Below, in pieces: positions 1 through 8,897 of a DNA stretch of 64,000 nt. How positions within the stretch are numbered: position 1 is the stretch's first letter; the number at the start of each line of letters is the position of its first letter. Origin of the DNA: Candidatus Latescibacterota bacterium (lineage in GTDB: Bacteria > Latescibacterota > UBA2968 > UBA8231); the NCBI GenBank assembly GCA_964291625.2, contig OZ220089.1, positions 1,088,001 to 1,152,000 on the forward strand. The letters run 5' to 3'. The position numbers and the translations under genes were made by a program. The notes under the pieces are model-generated. The model ran no database searches. It worked only from the letters and a program-made list of their open reading frames with translations, and was not told the DNA's origin.

Positions 1-308
1 AGGCCGCCTTCGAGCAGCTCGCCGACGAGCTTCCGTACTCGATCCAGGTGCGGGTGGAGGAGTTCCGCGAGCCCGCTGCGGAACACGGACGCAAGACCTA
101 CCTTCTCGCCACCCTGTTCGTCGAGCGCGAGAGCCAGAAGGGCATCGTCATCGGCCGCAAGGGAACACGGCTGCGCAGCATCGGAACGGGAGCGCGCGAG
201 AGCATCGAGGAACTCGTCGATGGTCCCGTCTTCCTCGAGTTGCGCGTCAAGGTGCGCCCCGACTGGCGCCGGCGAGAGAAGGACCTGAAGGAGTTCGGCT
301 ACCTCTGA
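1..308 (+). CDS. era: GTPase Era, C-terminal KH domain (5' partial)
   Basis: ELPYS...ERESQKGIVIGRKG...VFLELRVKVRPDWR motifs typical of the Era C-terminus. Confidence 0.93.
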   Translation, partial: AAFEQLADELPYSIQVRVEEFREPAAEHGRKTYLLATLFVERESQKGIVIGRKGTRLRSIGTGARESIEELVDGPVFLELRVKVRPDWRRREKDLKEFGYL

Positions 309-368
309 TCGTCCTCCCGGGGCCGCGGCCTGCCGGCGCCGGGACCCGCCCGGAAGGAGGTCTACTCG

Positions 369-1727
369 ATGAAGGTTCTGGTCGTCGGCAAGGGGGGGCG
401 GGAGCACGCCCTCGCCTGGAAGCTGGCCCAGTCACCCGAGGTCCGGCGGCTCTGGGCGGCTCCCGGCTCTCCGGGGATGGCCCAGGTGGCCGAGTGCCTC
501 CCCGGCTTCCGTGTCGACCTCGACCTGGCGGAGCGGCCCCGTCTCGAGGGTGAGATCGACCGCCTGGCGGGCTTCTCCGCCGAGGCGGGGATCGACCTCA
601 CCGTGGTCGGGCCCGACGCCGCCTTGGCGGCGGGTTTCGTCGACCGCTTCGCGGCGGCGGGACTGCTGGCCTTCGGTCCCACCGAGGCGGCCGCCCGCAT
701 CGAGAGCAGCAAGAGCTTCTCGAAAGGGCTGATGGCCTCCATCGGGGTGCCCACCGCCGTCCACCGCAGCTTCACCGCCAGCGCCGACGCCAGCGCCTAC
801 ATCCGGTCCCGGGGGGCGCCGATCGTGGTCAAGGCCTCCGGTCTGGCCGCCGGCAAGGGCGCCGTCGTCTGCGCCACCGAGGAGGAGGCGGTGGCAGCCG
901 TGATCGACATCGTCGACCGGCGCCGTTTCGGCGATTCGGGGGCCGAAGTCGTTGTGGAGGACTTCATGGAGGGCGAGGAGGCGTCGCTGTTCGCCGTCTG
1001 TGACGGCGAGAGCTACGTCAACCTGGTGCCCGCCCAGGACCACAAGCCGATCGGCGAAGGGGACACGGGTCCCAACACCGGCGGCATGGGAGCGTACGCG
1101 CCGGCCCCCGTCCTCACCCCGCACATGGTCGACCGGGTCTCGCGCGAGATCATCGAGCCGGTGCTGGCCGAGATGCGGCGCCGCGGCACCCCGTACCGGG
1201 GCGCCCTCTACTGCGGGCTGATGATCACCGCCGAGGGGCCGAAGGTCGTCGAGTTCAACAGCCGCTTCGGCGATCCAGAGGCCCAGGTGGTTCTCCCTCT
1301 CCTGCGTTCGGACCTGGCCGTGCTGCTGGCCGCCGCCGCCCGGGGGGATCTTTCCGCGGCGGGACCGGTGGAGCTCGACGCCGACCGGGCGGCAGCCTGC
1401 GTGATCATGGCGTCGGCGGGCTACCCTGGACAGTACGAGACCGGCAAGCCGATCTCCGGCCTGGAGTCCCTGGCCGGCTCCGAGGACATCCTCCCCTTTC
1501 ACGCGGGCACGGCGGTGGAGGACGGGGCCACGGTGACGGCGGGGGGACGGGTCCTCGCCATGACCGCCCTCGCCGACGACCTGCCCGCCGCCGTGGCCTC
1601 GGCCTACCGGTCGGTGGGGGAGGTCTCCTTCGAAGGCGCGTACTACCGCCGGGACATCGGCTACCGCGCCCTCCGCCGTCTGGCCGCCCGGCAAGGATCG
1701 GCCGGGGCGGGTCCCGCCGGTCCCTGA
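369..1727 (+). CDS. purD: Phosphoribosylamine--glycine ligase
   Basis: GKGGREHALAW, KASGLAAGKG, QDHK, GPNTGGMGAY, EFNSRFGDPE motifs; GGAGG RBS. Confidence 0.97.
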   Translation: MKVLVVGKGGREHALAWKLAQSPEVRRLWAAPGSPGMAQVAECLPGFRVDLDLAERPRLEGEIDRLAGFSAEAGIDLTVVGPDAALAAGFVDRFAAAGLLAFGPTEAAARIESSKSFSKGLMASIGVPTAVHRSFTASADASAYIRSRGAPIVVKASGLAAGKGAVVCATEEEAVAAVIDIVDRRRFGDSGAEVVVEDFMEGEEASLFAVCDGESYVNLVPAQDHKPIGEGDTGPNTGGMGAYAPAPVLTPHMVDRVSREIIEPVLAEMRRRGTPYRGALYCGLMITAEGPKVVEFNSRFGDPEAQVVLPLLRSDLAVLLAAAARGDLSAAGPVELDADRAAACVIMASAGYPGQYETGKPISGLESLAGSEDILPFHAGTAVEDGATVTAGGRVLAMTALADDLPAAVASAYRSVGEVSFEGAYYRRDIGYRALRRLAARQGSAGAGPAGP

Positions 1728-1729
1728 CG

Positions 1730-2101
1730 ATGTCCGACGTGCTCCGCCTCACCAACATGACCTTCCACGCCTGCCACGGCCTGCTGCCCGAGGAGACGCG
1801 GCTGATGCAGCGCTTCGAGGTGGACGTGGAGCTGCGGCTGGATCTGCGCGCCGCCGGAGAGCGGGACGACCCTTCCCTCACCGTTGACTACACCGCCGTC
1901 TACGACCTGGTGGGGCAGGTCGTGAAGGGAGGGAGGCGGTACGGCCTCGTGGAAGCCCTCGCCGAAGCCGTGGCCGCGGCCCTGGGAGAACGCTTCGACG
2001 CCCTGGCCTCGGCCCGGGTGCGGGTGCGCAAGCCGACCCCCCCCATGGACGGCCACTTCGATGGCCTCGAGGTCGAGATCGAACGCCACTTTGGCGACTG
2101 A
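1730..2101 (+). CDS. folB: Dihydroneopterin aldolase
   Basis: FHACHG..EE...QRFEVD, TVDY, LVEALAE, VRVRKP motifs; adjacent to folK. Confidence 0.92.
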   Translation: MSDVLRLTNMTFHACHGLLPEETRLMQRFEVDVELRLDLRAAGERDDPSLTVDYTAVYDLVGQVVKGGRRYGLVEALAEAVAAALGERFDALASARVRVRKPTPPMDGHFDGLEVEIERHFGD

Positions 2102-2609
2102 GCGGTGCTTCGTCGGCCTCGGCTCGAACATGGGGGACCGCCGCGGCACCCTCGAATCGGCCCTGGGGGCCCTGCATCGCCAGCCGGCGATCGAGATCAC
2201 CGCCGTCTCCAGCGCCTGGGAGACCTCCCCCGTGGGACCGCTGGCGCAGGCCGATTACCTCAACGCCGCCGCCGAGTTGCGGACCACCCTGGAGCCGCGC
2301 CGCCTCCTGGAGGTGCTGCAGTCGACCGAGGACGCCCACGGACGCCGGCGGCGGCAGCGCTGGGGGCCGAGGACGCTGGACCTGGATCTCCTGCTGGCCG
2401 GTGACCGCCGCCTCGAAGAGCCGGGACTGAGGGTCCCGCACCCGCGCCTGGCGCAGCGCCGCTTCGTCCTCGAGCCGCTCCTGGAGATCGCCCCCGACCT
2501 GGTCCACCCGGTCAGCGGAGAGCGGCTGGCCGCGGTCCTGGCCGATCTGGCGACGGGGGAGCGGGTGCGGCGGTCAGGGCCGCTGGAAGCCGGGGTGAGC
2601 CAGCCCTAG
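2091..2609 (+). CDS. folK: 2-amino-4-hydroxy-6-hydroxymethyldihydropteridine diphosphokinase
   Basis: VGLGSNMGDR, YLNAA, WGPRTLDLDLL, VPHPR, RRFVLEPL; TTG start at 2091 inferred. Confidence 0.93.
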   Translation: MATERCFVGLGSNMGDRRGTLESALGALHRQPAIEITAVSSAWETSPVGPLAQADYLNAAAELRTTLEPRRLLEVLQSTEDAHGRRRRQRWGPRTLDLDLLLAGDRRLEEPGLRVPHPRLAQRRFVLEPLLEIAPDLVHPVSGERLAAVLADLATGERVRRSGPLEAGVSQP

Positions 2610-4219
2610 CGGATCAGCGCCAGACGGCCGAGGCTGGTGGATCCGCCGGTCCGCAGGCGGACGAAGTAGGTGCCCGAGGCCGCCCACCGGCCGGCGTCGT
2701 CGCGGCCGTCCCAGACCGCCTCGTGGCGCCCCGCCGGCCGTCGTCCCATCACCAGGGCGCGCAGCCGCTGCCCGCCGAGAGAGAGAACGCTCAACTCCAC
2801 CGGTCCCTGCTCGGCCAGCGACCAGGGGATCCGCACTTCGGAGTTGAAGGGGTTCGGGTAGGCCTCCCCCAGCGTGGACGATGCGGGACCCGCCCCCGGC
2901 AGGCCGGCCACGGCCAGGTCCGTGGAGACCTCGGCGGACAACTCGAAACCCCCGCCCTGGGGCGAGGTGCCCCCGACGATCAGTACCAGGCTGTCGATGC
3001 CCGCCGCCTGCGCCTGGCCGCGGTTGCCGCCGATGAGGCTCACTCCCTCGAGCCGGGAGGCCCCGGGAGACATGGCGTAGGTCCAGGCGAGAAAGCCGGC
3101 CCCCTCTTCCCCCGCGAAGTCGATGGCGAGGTCGCCGGGGGTCCGGAAGAGGACGTTGATCGTGCCCCAGGCATCGGTGAGGGCGAAGGGCAGCCGCTCC
3201 TGGGGCAGGGAGTCGTAGTCGAAAGTCCGTACCCGGCGCCCGCCAAGGGCCCCGTAGGCGAGTCGCGGGTCGTCCGAGGCGTAGTTGGCGGCGACCCACC
3301 CGGACCAGGCGTCGACGAAGCGGTCGCCGGAACCGATCCCCTCCAGGGCCCTGTCGACGCCGGCGATCCCGTTGGCGGGCTCGGAGACCAGGGCACGGAT
3401 AAGGTCGGGGCCATGCCTCTCCGCCAGGTAGGCGGCGAAGAGGTAGGTGGCGCCGTAGTTGCGCGGAGAGCCCCTCCAGGTGGTGAGGGAGGTCTCGGGC
3501 CGGTCCAGGAAGGCGGGCACGGCGGCCGGGTCCGCCTCGGGAAAACCGGCCACGGCCTCGGCGTAACCCGAGAGGCCCTCGTTCAGCCAGTTCTCCTCGT
3601 TGCGGTCAGAGCCCCAGTGGAGGAGGTGCTGCAGCTCGTGGGCCAGGGTGCCGCGCGCCAGGTAGGCCTGGCGGCGCAGGTGGTACTGGCTCAGGTAGAG
3701 CAGGTCCCGGGGCACGGCCGGGTCGAAGAAGCCCACCAGGTGGGGATCGGCCATGTCGAGGACGAGGAGGAAGATCTGCTCGTACCCGTCCACATCCTCC
3801 GCCTCCCCGAAGGCCTCCACGAGGAGATCGTAGATGCCGCGGTCGGGGTCGGCGGGGGTGCTGGCCTCGAAGAGCTCCGCGAGCTTGTCCACGTCGCTCT
3901 GCAGGACCGGCCCCCCCTCCGTGTCCCACTGCGCGTTCTCGACGAAGACGAAGCAGCGGGGACCCGCGTACCGGCATGTGGCGCGCACCGGGGTGACCGA
4001 TCCGTAGACCGGGAAGAGCTGCTCCGTGCCCACGGCGACGGGCGGCGGCTCGGCCTGGCGGGGGCCCGCAGGACGGGCGGCGGCCAGGGCGGGCAGGGCG
4101 CCAGACGCCCTCTGCTCGGCGAGCCAGCGGGTGCCGCACAGGACCGGTTCCGCCGCCTGCCCCAGGGCCGGCGGCAGGACGGCCAGGGCGAGCACGGTCC
4201 ACCGGCCGGCCGCGGCCAC
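2606..4219 (-). CDS. Secreted zinc metallopeptidase (M30/hyicolysin-like) with C-terminal FlgD-Ig/T9SS-type sorting domain
   Basis: Signal peptide, HELQH and WLNEGLS gluzincin motifs, C-terminal YPNPFN...WDGRD...SGTYFVRL. Confidence 0.78.
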   Translation of the reverse strand: MAAAGRWTVLALAVLPPALGQAAEPVLCGTRWLAEQRASGALPALAAARPAGPRQAEPPPVAVGTEQLFPVYGSVTPVRATCRYAGPRCFVFVENAQWDTEGGPVLQSDVDKLAELFEASTPADPDRGIYDLLVEAFGEAEDVDGYEQIFLLVLDMADPHLVGFFDPAVPRDLLYLSQYHLRRQAYLARGTLAHELQHLLHWGSDRNEENWLNEGLSGYAEAVAGFPEADPAAVPAFLDRPETSLTTWRGSPRNYGATYLFAAYLAERHGPDLIRALVSEPANGIAGVDRALEGIGSGDRFVDAWSGWVAANYASDDPRLAYGALGGRRVRTFDYDSLPQERLPFALTDAWGTINVLFRTPGDLAIDFAGEEGAGFLAWTYAMSPGASRLEGVSLIGGNRGQAQAAGIDSLVLIVGGTSPQGGGFELSAEVSTDLAVAGLPGAGPASSTLGEAYPNPFNSEVRIPWSLAEQGPVELSVLSLGGQRLRALVMGRRPAGRHEAVWDGRDDAGRWAASGTYFVRLRTGGSTSLGRLALIR

Positions 4220-4222
4220 GCC

Positions 4223-4852
4223 TCAGAACCTCCGGCGCAGGCCGACGACGGCCCCGTCCGGGCTCAACCTCCAATCGAGGGAGAGGGCGGCGGCCTCACC
4301 GCCCCGCGGGCCCACGGCCCGGCCGGCGTGCACCGCCGAGACCAGGTGGTTGACGACGACGAGACCGGTGAGGTAGAGGGCATTCCGCTTCATGCCGGTG
4401 GCGCCGTTGCGCAGCTCGCGGTAGCGCAGGCGGGAGGCCTCGGCATCCCATTCCCAGGCGAACTCCGGCGTGCCCGGATAGAGCTCGGCCTCGGGACCGT
4501 CCTCGACCTCGGCGAAGAGGTTGTGCTGGTTGTGGCTGCCGTAGAAGCCGAGGTCGTCGAAGTACTCCCCGGACTTGCCGCCGGTCCGGGCGCCGGCGTG
4601 GACGGCGGCGTAGGTGCGGTAGTTCGCCTCGCGGACGTCGGCCACCGCCCGCAGCCCGAAGTAGCCGAGCCACAGCGCGGCCTCCATGGACAGGAACCGC
4701 CGCGCCCCATGCCCGTCACCGGCGGCGTGCTGCCCCCAACCCGGGATGACCAGGGAGCGCCAGAACCCCCCGGCCCCGGAGTCGGCGCCGGCGGGCGCGG
4801 CCAGCAGGAGGGCGGCCAGCGCCAGGAGGCTCGGGCGCAGGGGCGGAGCCAT
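4223..4852 (-). CDS. Exported/membrane hypothetical protein (DUF5683-like), paralog of upstream gene
   Basis: ATG at 4852 overlaps the upstream stop; signal peptide; SLVIPGWGQ and NHLVSAVHA motifs; terminal Phe. Confidence 0.65.
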   Translation of the reverse strand: MAPPLRPSLLALAALLLAAPAGADSGAGGFWRSLVIPGWGQHAAGDGHGARRFLSMEAALWLGYFGLRAVADVREANYRTYAAVHAGARTGGKSGEYFDDLGFYGSHNQHNLFAEVEDGPEAELYPGTPEFAWEWDAEASRLRYRELRNGATGMKRNALYLTGLVVVNHLVSAVHAGRAVGPRGGEAAALSLDWRLSPDGAVVGLRRRF

Positions 4853-5775
4853 CAGAAGAAGGGGCGCCAGGCCGTCAGCCGGGCGGTGCGGTCGCCGTCC
4901 AGGGTGGCATGGAAGCGGATGCGCCGGGCGATGGCGGCCTCCTCCTGGCCCTGGTTGCGGGCCCGCGCCACGCGCGCCGCGTCGATGGCGCTGAGGACGT
5001 GGTTGACCAGCAGCAGGCCGGCCACGTTGCCGGCGCGTTTCAGGTACTTGTTGCTGTCGTCGCGCTGATCCTCGTACTCCAGCCGGGTGGCGGAGTGGTA
5101 GTTCTCCGCCGAGTCGACCTCCGTGTAGTGGACCTGGTTGCCGGCGCGGTCGGTGATGTCCCCCCAGCCCGTGATGAACTGGTCGTACTTCCCGATGAGC
5201 TCGTAGTACTGCTGGGTCTCGGTGGTACTGCAGTCCTTCAGCACGTCGGCCACGGGGGTGGTGGAGGACGCCTGCACGAAGAGGGAGTCGCAGGGCAGGG
5301 TGTGGGTCCTGGAGGAGTGGCGCGCCTGTCGTGAGTCGCGCCAGGCGAGATAGTTCCACGGGTTCCAGGTGGTGTCGGCCCGCGCCCGAAACTCGGCCTC
5401 CAGGTCGTCCCCCTTGGCGCTCCAGCTCGTGTACGTCCCCCAGCCGAGGACCTCCAGACCGAAGAACAGGGCCGCTCTCATCTTCGATCCGGCCCAGAAC
5501 TCCCCGGCCCCGGGCACCACGGCGGAGTAGAGGAAGGCCCTCTTCGGCGAGCGCACGGCCTTGCGCGGAGCAGCTTCGGAGGCACTCTCCTCCCCCTCGG
5601 CGCCGGCCGCCTGGGCCACGCGCAGGAGCGCCGGGTCGGGGCGGCCGGGCAGGGGCACCGCCGGCAGCAGAGACGGAAGGACCTCCACCGACCTCGATAG
5701 GGCAGGATTGGGCAGTTCCGCCCAGCCGGCGGAGCCGGCGAGGGCCGCGGCGAGCAGGAGACGTAGTGTGTTCAT
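4852..5775 (-). CDS. Exported/membrane hypothetical protein (DUF5683-like)
   Basis: Signal peptide; SAVVPGAGE, QQYYELIGKYDQF and NHVLSAIDA motifs; terminal Phe. Confidence 0.68.
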   Translation of the reverse strand: MNTLRLLLAAALAGSAGWAELPNPALSRSVEVLPSLLPAVPLPGRPDPALLRVAQAAGAEGEESASEAAPRKAVRSPKRAFLYSAVVPGAGEFWAGSKMRAALFFGLEVLGWGTYTSWSAKGDDLEAEFRARADTTWNPWNYLAWRDSRQARHSSRTHTLPCDSLFVQASSTTPVADVLKDCSTTETQQYYELIGKYDQFITGWGDITDRAGNQVHYTEVDSAENYHSATRLEYEDQRDDSNKYLKRAGNVAGLLLVNHVLSAIDAARVARARNQGQEEAAIARRIRFHATLDGDRTARLTAWRPFF

Positions 5776-8700
5776 CGCGTCAGATCACTCCCGGGATCGA
5801 TCCAGTTGAGGTAGTTGAACAGCAGGGTCAGGTAGAGCTTCCAGGGCTCCTTCTCTTCGACCTCGTCGATTCCGTAGGCCAGGTCGATCTCGAGACGGGT
5901 GGGCAGACTGTAGAAGGAGACGCCGTCGACCCGCAACTGCAGACCGGCATCGCGCAGCGGCCCCTTGCGTCCGTACATGGGATCGGGGCCGCCGAGGTCT
6001 CCGTCCCAGGCCTTGCCCAGGTCCCCGTACACGGCGCCGTGGACCCGGTGCAGGTAGAGGAGGCCCACCCGTTGGCGCAGCCGGGGCAGGAGCGGGAACC
6101 GCAGGGTGGCGTTGGCCATGGCCGCCTTGCGCCCCTCGATGCTGTAGTAGGTGTAGCCCCGCATGTAGGGGAGCCCCCCGAGGTGGAAGTCGAAGAAGCC
6201 GCCCACGAGCTCGTCGTCGACACTGTCGGAGAAGATCCAGCCGCCGAAGGCGCGCAGGCCCAGGGCGGTGTCCCCCGGCAGGCCGAGGTACTCCCGCCAG
6301 TCGAGGGTGAGCTGGTTGTAGAACAGCCCCTTGTACTTCTCCTGCAGGAAGGAGATGTTCTCCTCGTCGAAGCCCTCGATGAACCAGTTGTACATGCGAT
6401 CGTAGCGGAGATAGAGGCGCCGCCCGCCGCGGGGATGGATGTCGCGGTCCACGCGCCGCGGCAGGGAGTCGTGGCGGTAGGTCAGGGCCAGGTCGAAGCC
6501 GTGGAGGTAGGTGTAGCCCACCGGCTTGCCCGGGATGCGCTCGAAGCCGGGACGCCCGTCCCGGCGCGGGAAGAGTTGGTCGTTCTCCAGGCTGGCGTCG
6601 TAGCGGTCGTAGGCCAGGGAGAGGTCGAGGGAGCTGGCGCGGTTCAGCTGCCCCCGCCCACCCAGGGTTAGGCGGTTGAGACTGAAGTTCATGCCCTTGA
6701 TGAAGAAGTCCCGCGCCTCCGAGCTGTCACCTCGCGTCGAGTGGCGCTTCAGGTGGATGAAGTTCAGCCGGACGGTGGGCCGGAAGCCGCGGAACCGGTA
6801 CTCGCCGTAGACGTCGCGGTCGCCGTTGCCGGGAGCCATGGAGAGGCTGCCGAAGACCGACTGCCTGTCGAGGGCGTCCCCGGTGGCCACGTAGGCTCCC
6901 ACCTTGGCGTACCCCTCGTCGTGGGAGAGCCGCGGCATGACGGTGGTCCGCAGGATCTCGGTGCCGTAGGAGCGGGCCGGAGAGGGTGTCTCGTCGGCCG
7001 GCAAGGATGGCAGTCCCGGAGCGGCTGCCAGGGCGGCCGAGGGCGCGAAAACCCCGGGCTCCACCGGCTCGGCCCCCGAGCGGTCGATCCGGTAGAGGTG
7101 GAAGCCGTCGCCTCCGTAGCCGCTGTAGACCACGTCCCCGGCGTCGTTGGCCGTTGGAAAGAAGGCGCCGCCGCGCACGTTGGTGACCCGCTCCACGGCG
7201 CCGCTGGCGGGGTCCCGGGCATAGACATTGAAGATCCCGCTCACGTCGGAGACGAAGAGCAGCTCCCCGGCGGGCGACCACGAGGGGTCGCGGTCGGTGC
7301 CGGCCGAGGCGACCAGCGGCTGCAGGCGTCGCGGCTCAGGCCCCTCGCCGTCGGCGTCGACAAGGGCGATGTCCCTGCTTCCTCCGCGGCCATGGGAGAG
7401 GGCCAGCCAGCGGCCGTCGGGCGACCAGCGCGGCGTGTAGAGCTGGGTGCCGTCGTCGAACTCGAGCAGGTAGCGGATCTCGCTGCCGTCCCGGTCCGCC
7501 AGGCCCAGGGCCGCGCCGGTGGGCCCCAGGCGCACGAAGGCGATGCTCTGTCCGTCGGGCGACACCGCCGGGTAGAGGGCGCGAAGGCCGCGGCTCATCC
7601 GGGAGGTGCGAGGATCCTTTGGCGCGTAGACCCCGGTGAGGGCCGGCAACGTCCACAAGAGCCGGCCCGGCCAGGACCGCTCCGGCCCGGTGAGGTCGTG
7701 CTCGAACAGGTCGGCCCGCCGCGAGCCGTAGGGGTCGGCCTTCTCCTTGCGGACGAAGAGCAGACGCTCGCCGTCGGGAAACCAGTCCGGGACGGAGACC
7801 ACGCCGCCGGCGACGACCTCGTCCTCGCCGCTGTCGAGGTCGCGAAGGACCAGGAAGTGGGGGCCGTAGCGGCGGCCCAGGGTAGAGAGGTAGGCCAGGC
7901 GGGCGCCGTCGGGAGCGTACACGGCGCGCGTGTTCGAGTGGCCCTTCCCCGTGAGCCGCTCGCCCTCGCGCAGCTCTCCGAGGGCCGCCACCTGCGCCTC
8001 GTAGCGGGCCGCCATCGAGTCGCGCCAGTCGTGCCACACCTGGTCCGCCGACCGGCCGGTGACGGCGTGCAGGGCCCCGTCGATGTCCGTGGCAGTCCAG
8101 CGCCCCATCTGGTCGCAGATCTCGGCCAGGGACGAGTCGCCATAGGTCGCGGCCAGGTACCTCACGAGGCCGTAGCCGTGGTCGTAGACGAACTCGTTCT
8201 CGAAGCCCGGCTTGCCGAAGACGCCCATGTCGTCGAGGGAGAGCAGGGAGCCGTCGAGGACCGCCGTCCGCAGTACCATGTCGCGGTGGCTGTCCCAGCG
8301 GTCGTGGCGGACCTCTTCCATCTGGTGCTGGGCGACGCCCTCGGCGAACCACATGGGCAGCACCGTGTTGGCCAGCGGCACCAGGGCCAGGCGGTCCGGC
8401 GCCCCCGTGAGGATGTCGTCGCGCTCGCTCTCCGGCTTGTAGGCGAAGTACTCCAGGAAGGCGGCGGGCACCCTCTGGGGCCCCTTGCGGGCGGCCCCGA
8501 GGGAGACGATGTGGACGAGCTCGTGGGTGATCACGTTGCGCAGCCAGTCGGAGGCACCCCGCAGCTCGTAGTCGTGCTCGAGGGGTGTGATCCAGACCTC
8601 GATGGCGTCGTGGTAGAAGAAGGCGGCGCCGTTGGCGTAGTCGTCGTAGTCCTTCAGGATGATTCGCACGGGGCCGGCCGGCCGGTAACCGTAGAGACGC

Positions 8701-8897
8701 GTCACCGGACCGTAGGCGGCCTCGGCCACCTCCGCGGCCTGCCGCGCCGTGAGCTCGAGGCCGTCGTGGTAGAGGACGCGGAAGTGCTCGCTCTCCAGCG
8801 TCCGCCAGGTGAGCTCGGGGTGGTTCTGGGCCGGCGCCGGGGACCCCGCCGCCAGGGCTCCCACCACGACCGAGGCGAGGAGGCCCCGGGCGCTCAC
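5772..8897 (-). CDS. Omp85/BamA-like outer-membrane protein with N-terminal gluzincin (peptidase MA-like) domain and TolB-like PD40 repeats
   Basis: GTG start overlapping upstream TGA; signal peptide; HELVH + WFAEG; P.WSPDG repeats; C-terminal LGG..YMRGY Omp85 loop-6-like motif. Confidence 0.75.
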   Translation of the reverse strand: MSARGLLASVVVGALAAGSPAPAQNHPELTWRTLESEHFRVLYHDGLELTARQAAEVAEAAYGPVTRLYGYRPAGPVRIILKDYDDYANGAAFFYHDAIEVWITPLEHDYELRGASDWLRNVITHELVHIVSLGAARKGPQRVPAAFLEYFAYKPESERDDILTGAPDRLALVPLANTVLPMWFAEGVAQHQMEEVRHDRWDSHRDMVLRTAVLDGSLLSLDDMGVFGKPGFENEFVYDHGYGLVRYLAATYGDSSLAEICDQMGRWTATDIDGALHAVTGRSADQVWHDWRDSMAARYEAQVAALGELREGERLTGKGHSNTRAVYAPDGARLAYLSTLGRRYGPHFLVLRDLDSGEDEVVAGGVVSVPDWFPDGERLLFVRKEKADPYGSRRADLFEHDLTGPERSWPGRLLWTLPALTGVYAPKDPRTSRMSRGLRALYPAVSPDGQSIAFVRLGPTGAALGLADRDGSEIRYLLEFDDGTQLYTPRWSPDGRWLALSHGRGGSRDIALVDADGEGPEPRRLQPLVASAGTDRDPSWSPAGELLFVSDVSGIFNVYARDPASGAVERVTNVRGGAFFPTANDAGDVVYSGYGGDGFHLYRIDRSGAEPVEPGVFAPSAALAAAPGLPSLPADETPSPARSYGTEILRTTVMPRLSHDEGYAKVGAYVATGDALDRQSVFGSLSMAPGNGDRDVYGEYRFRGFRPTVRLNFIHLKRHSTRGDSSEARDFFIKGMNFSLNRLTLGGRGQLNRASSLDLSLAYDRYDASLENDQLFPRRDGRPGFERIPGKPVGYTYLHGFDLALTYRHDSLPRRVDRDIHPRGGRRLYLRYDRMYNWFIEGFDEENISFLQEKYKGLFYNQLTLDWREYLGLPGDTALGLRAFGGWIFSDSVDDELVGGFFDFHLGGLPYMRGYTYYSIEGRKAAMANATLRFPLLPRLRQRVGLLYLHRVHGAVYGDLGKAWDGDLGGPDPMYGRKGPLRDAGLQLRVDGVSFYSLPTRLEIDLAYGIDEVEEKEPWKLYLTLLFNYLNWIDPGSDLTR

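Noticed and set aside
2723-5068. Long antisense/alternative-frame ORFs (e.g. 781 aa here, 978 aa at 23828, 917 aa at 36843, 841 aa at 55432)
   Set aside because: Shadow ORFs of high-GC coding sequence; they overlap well-supported genes and lack motifs
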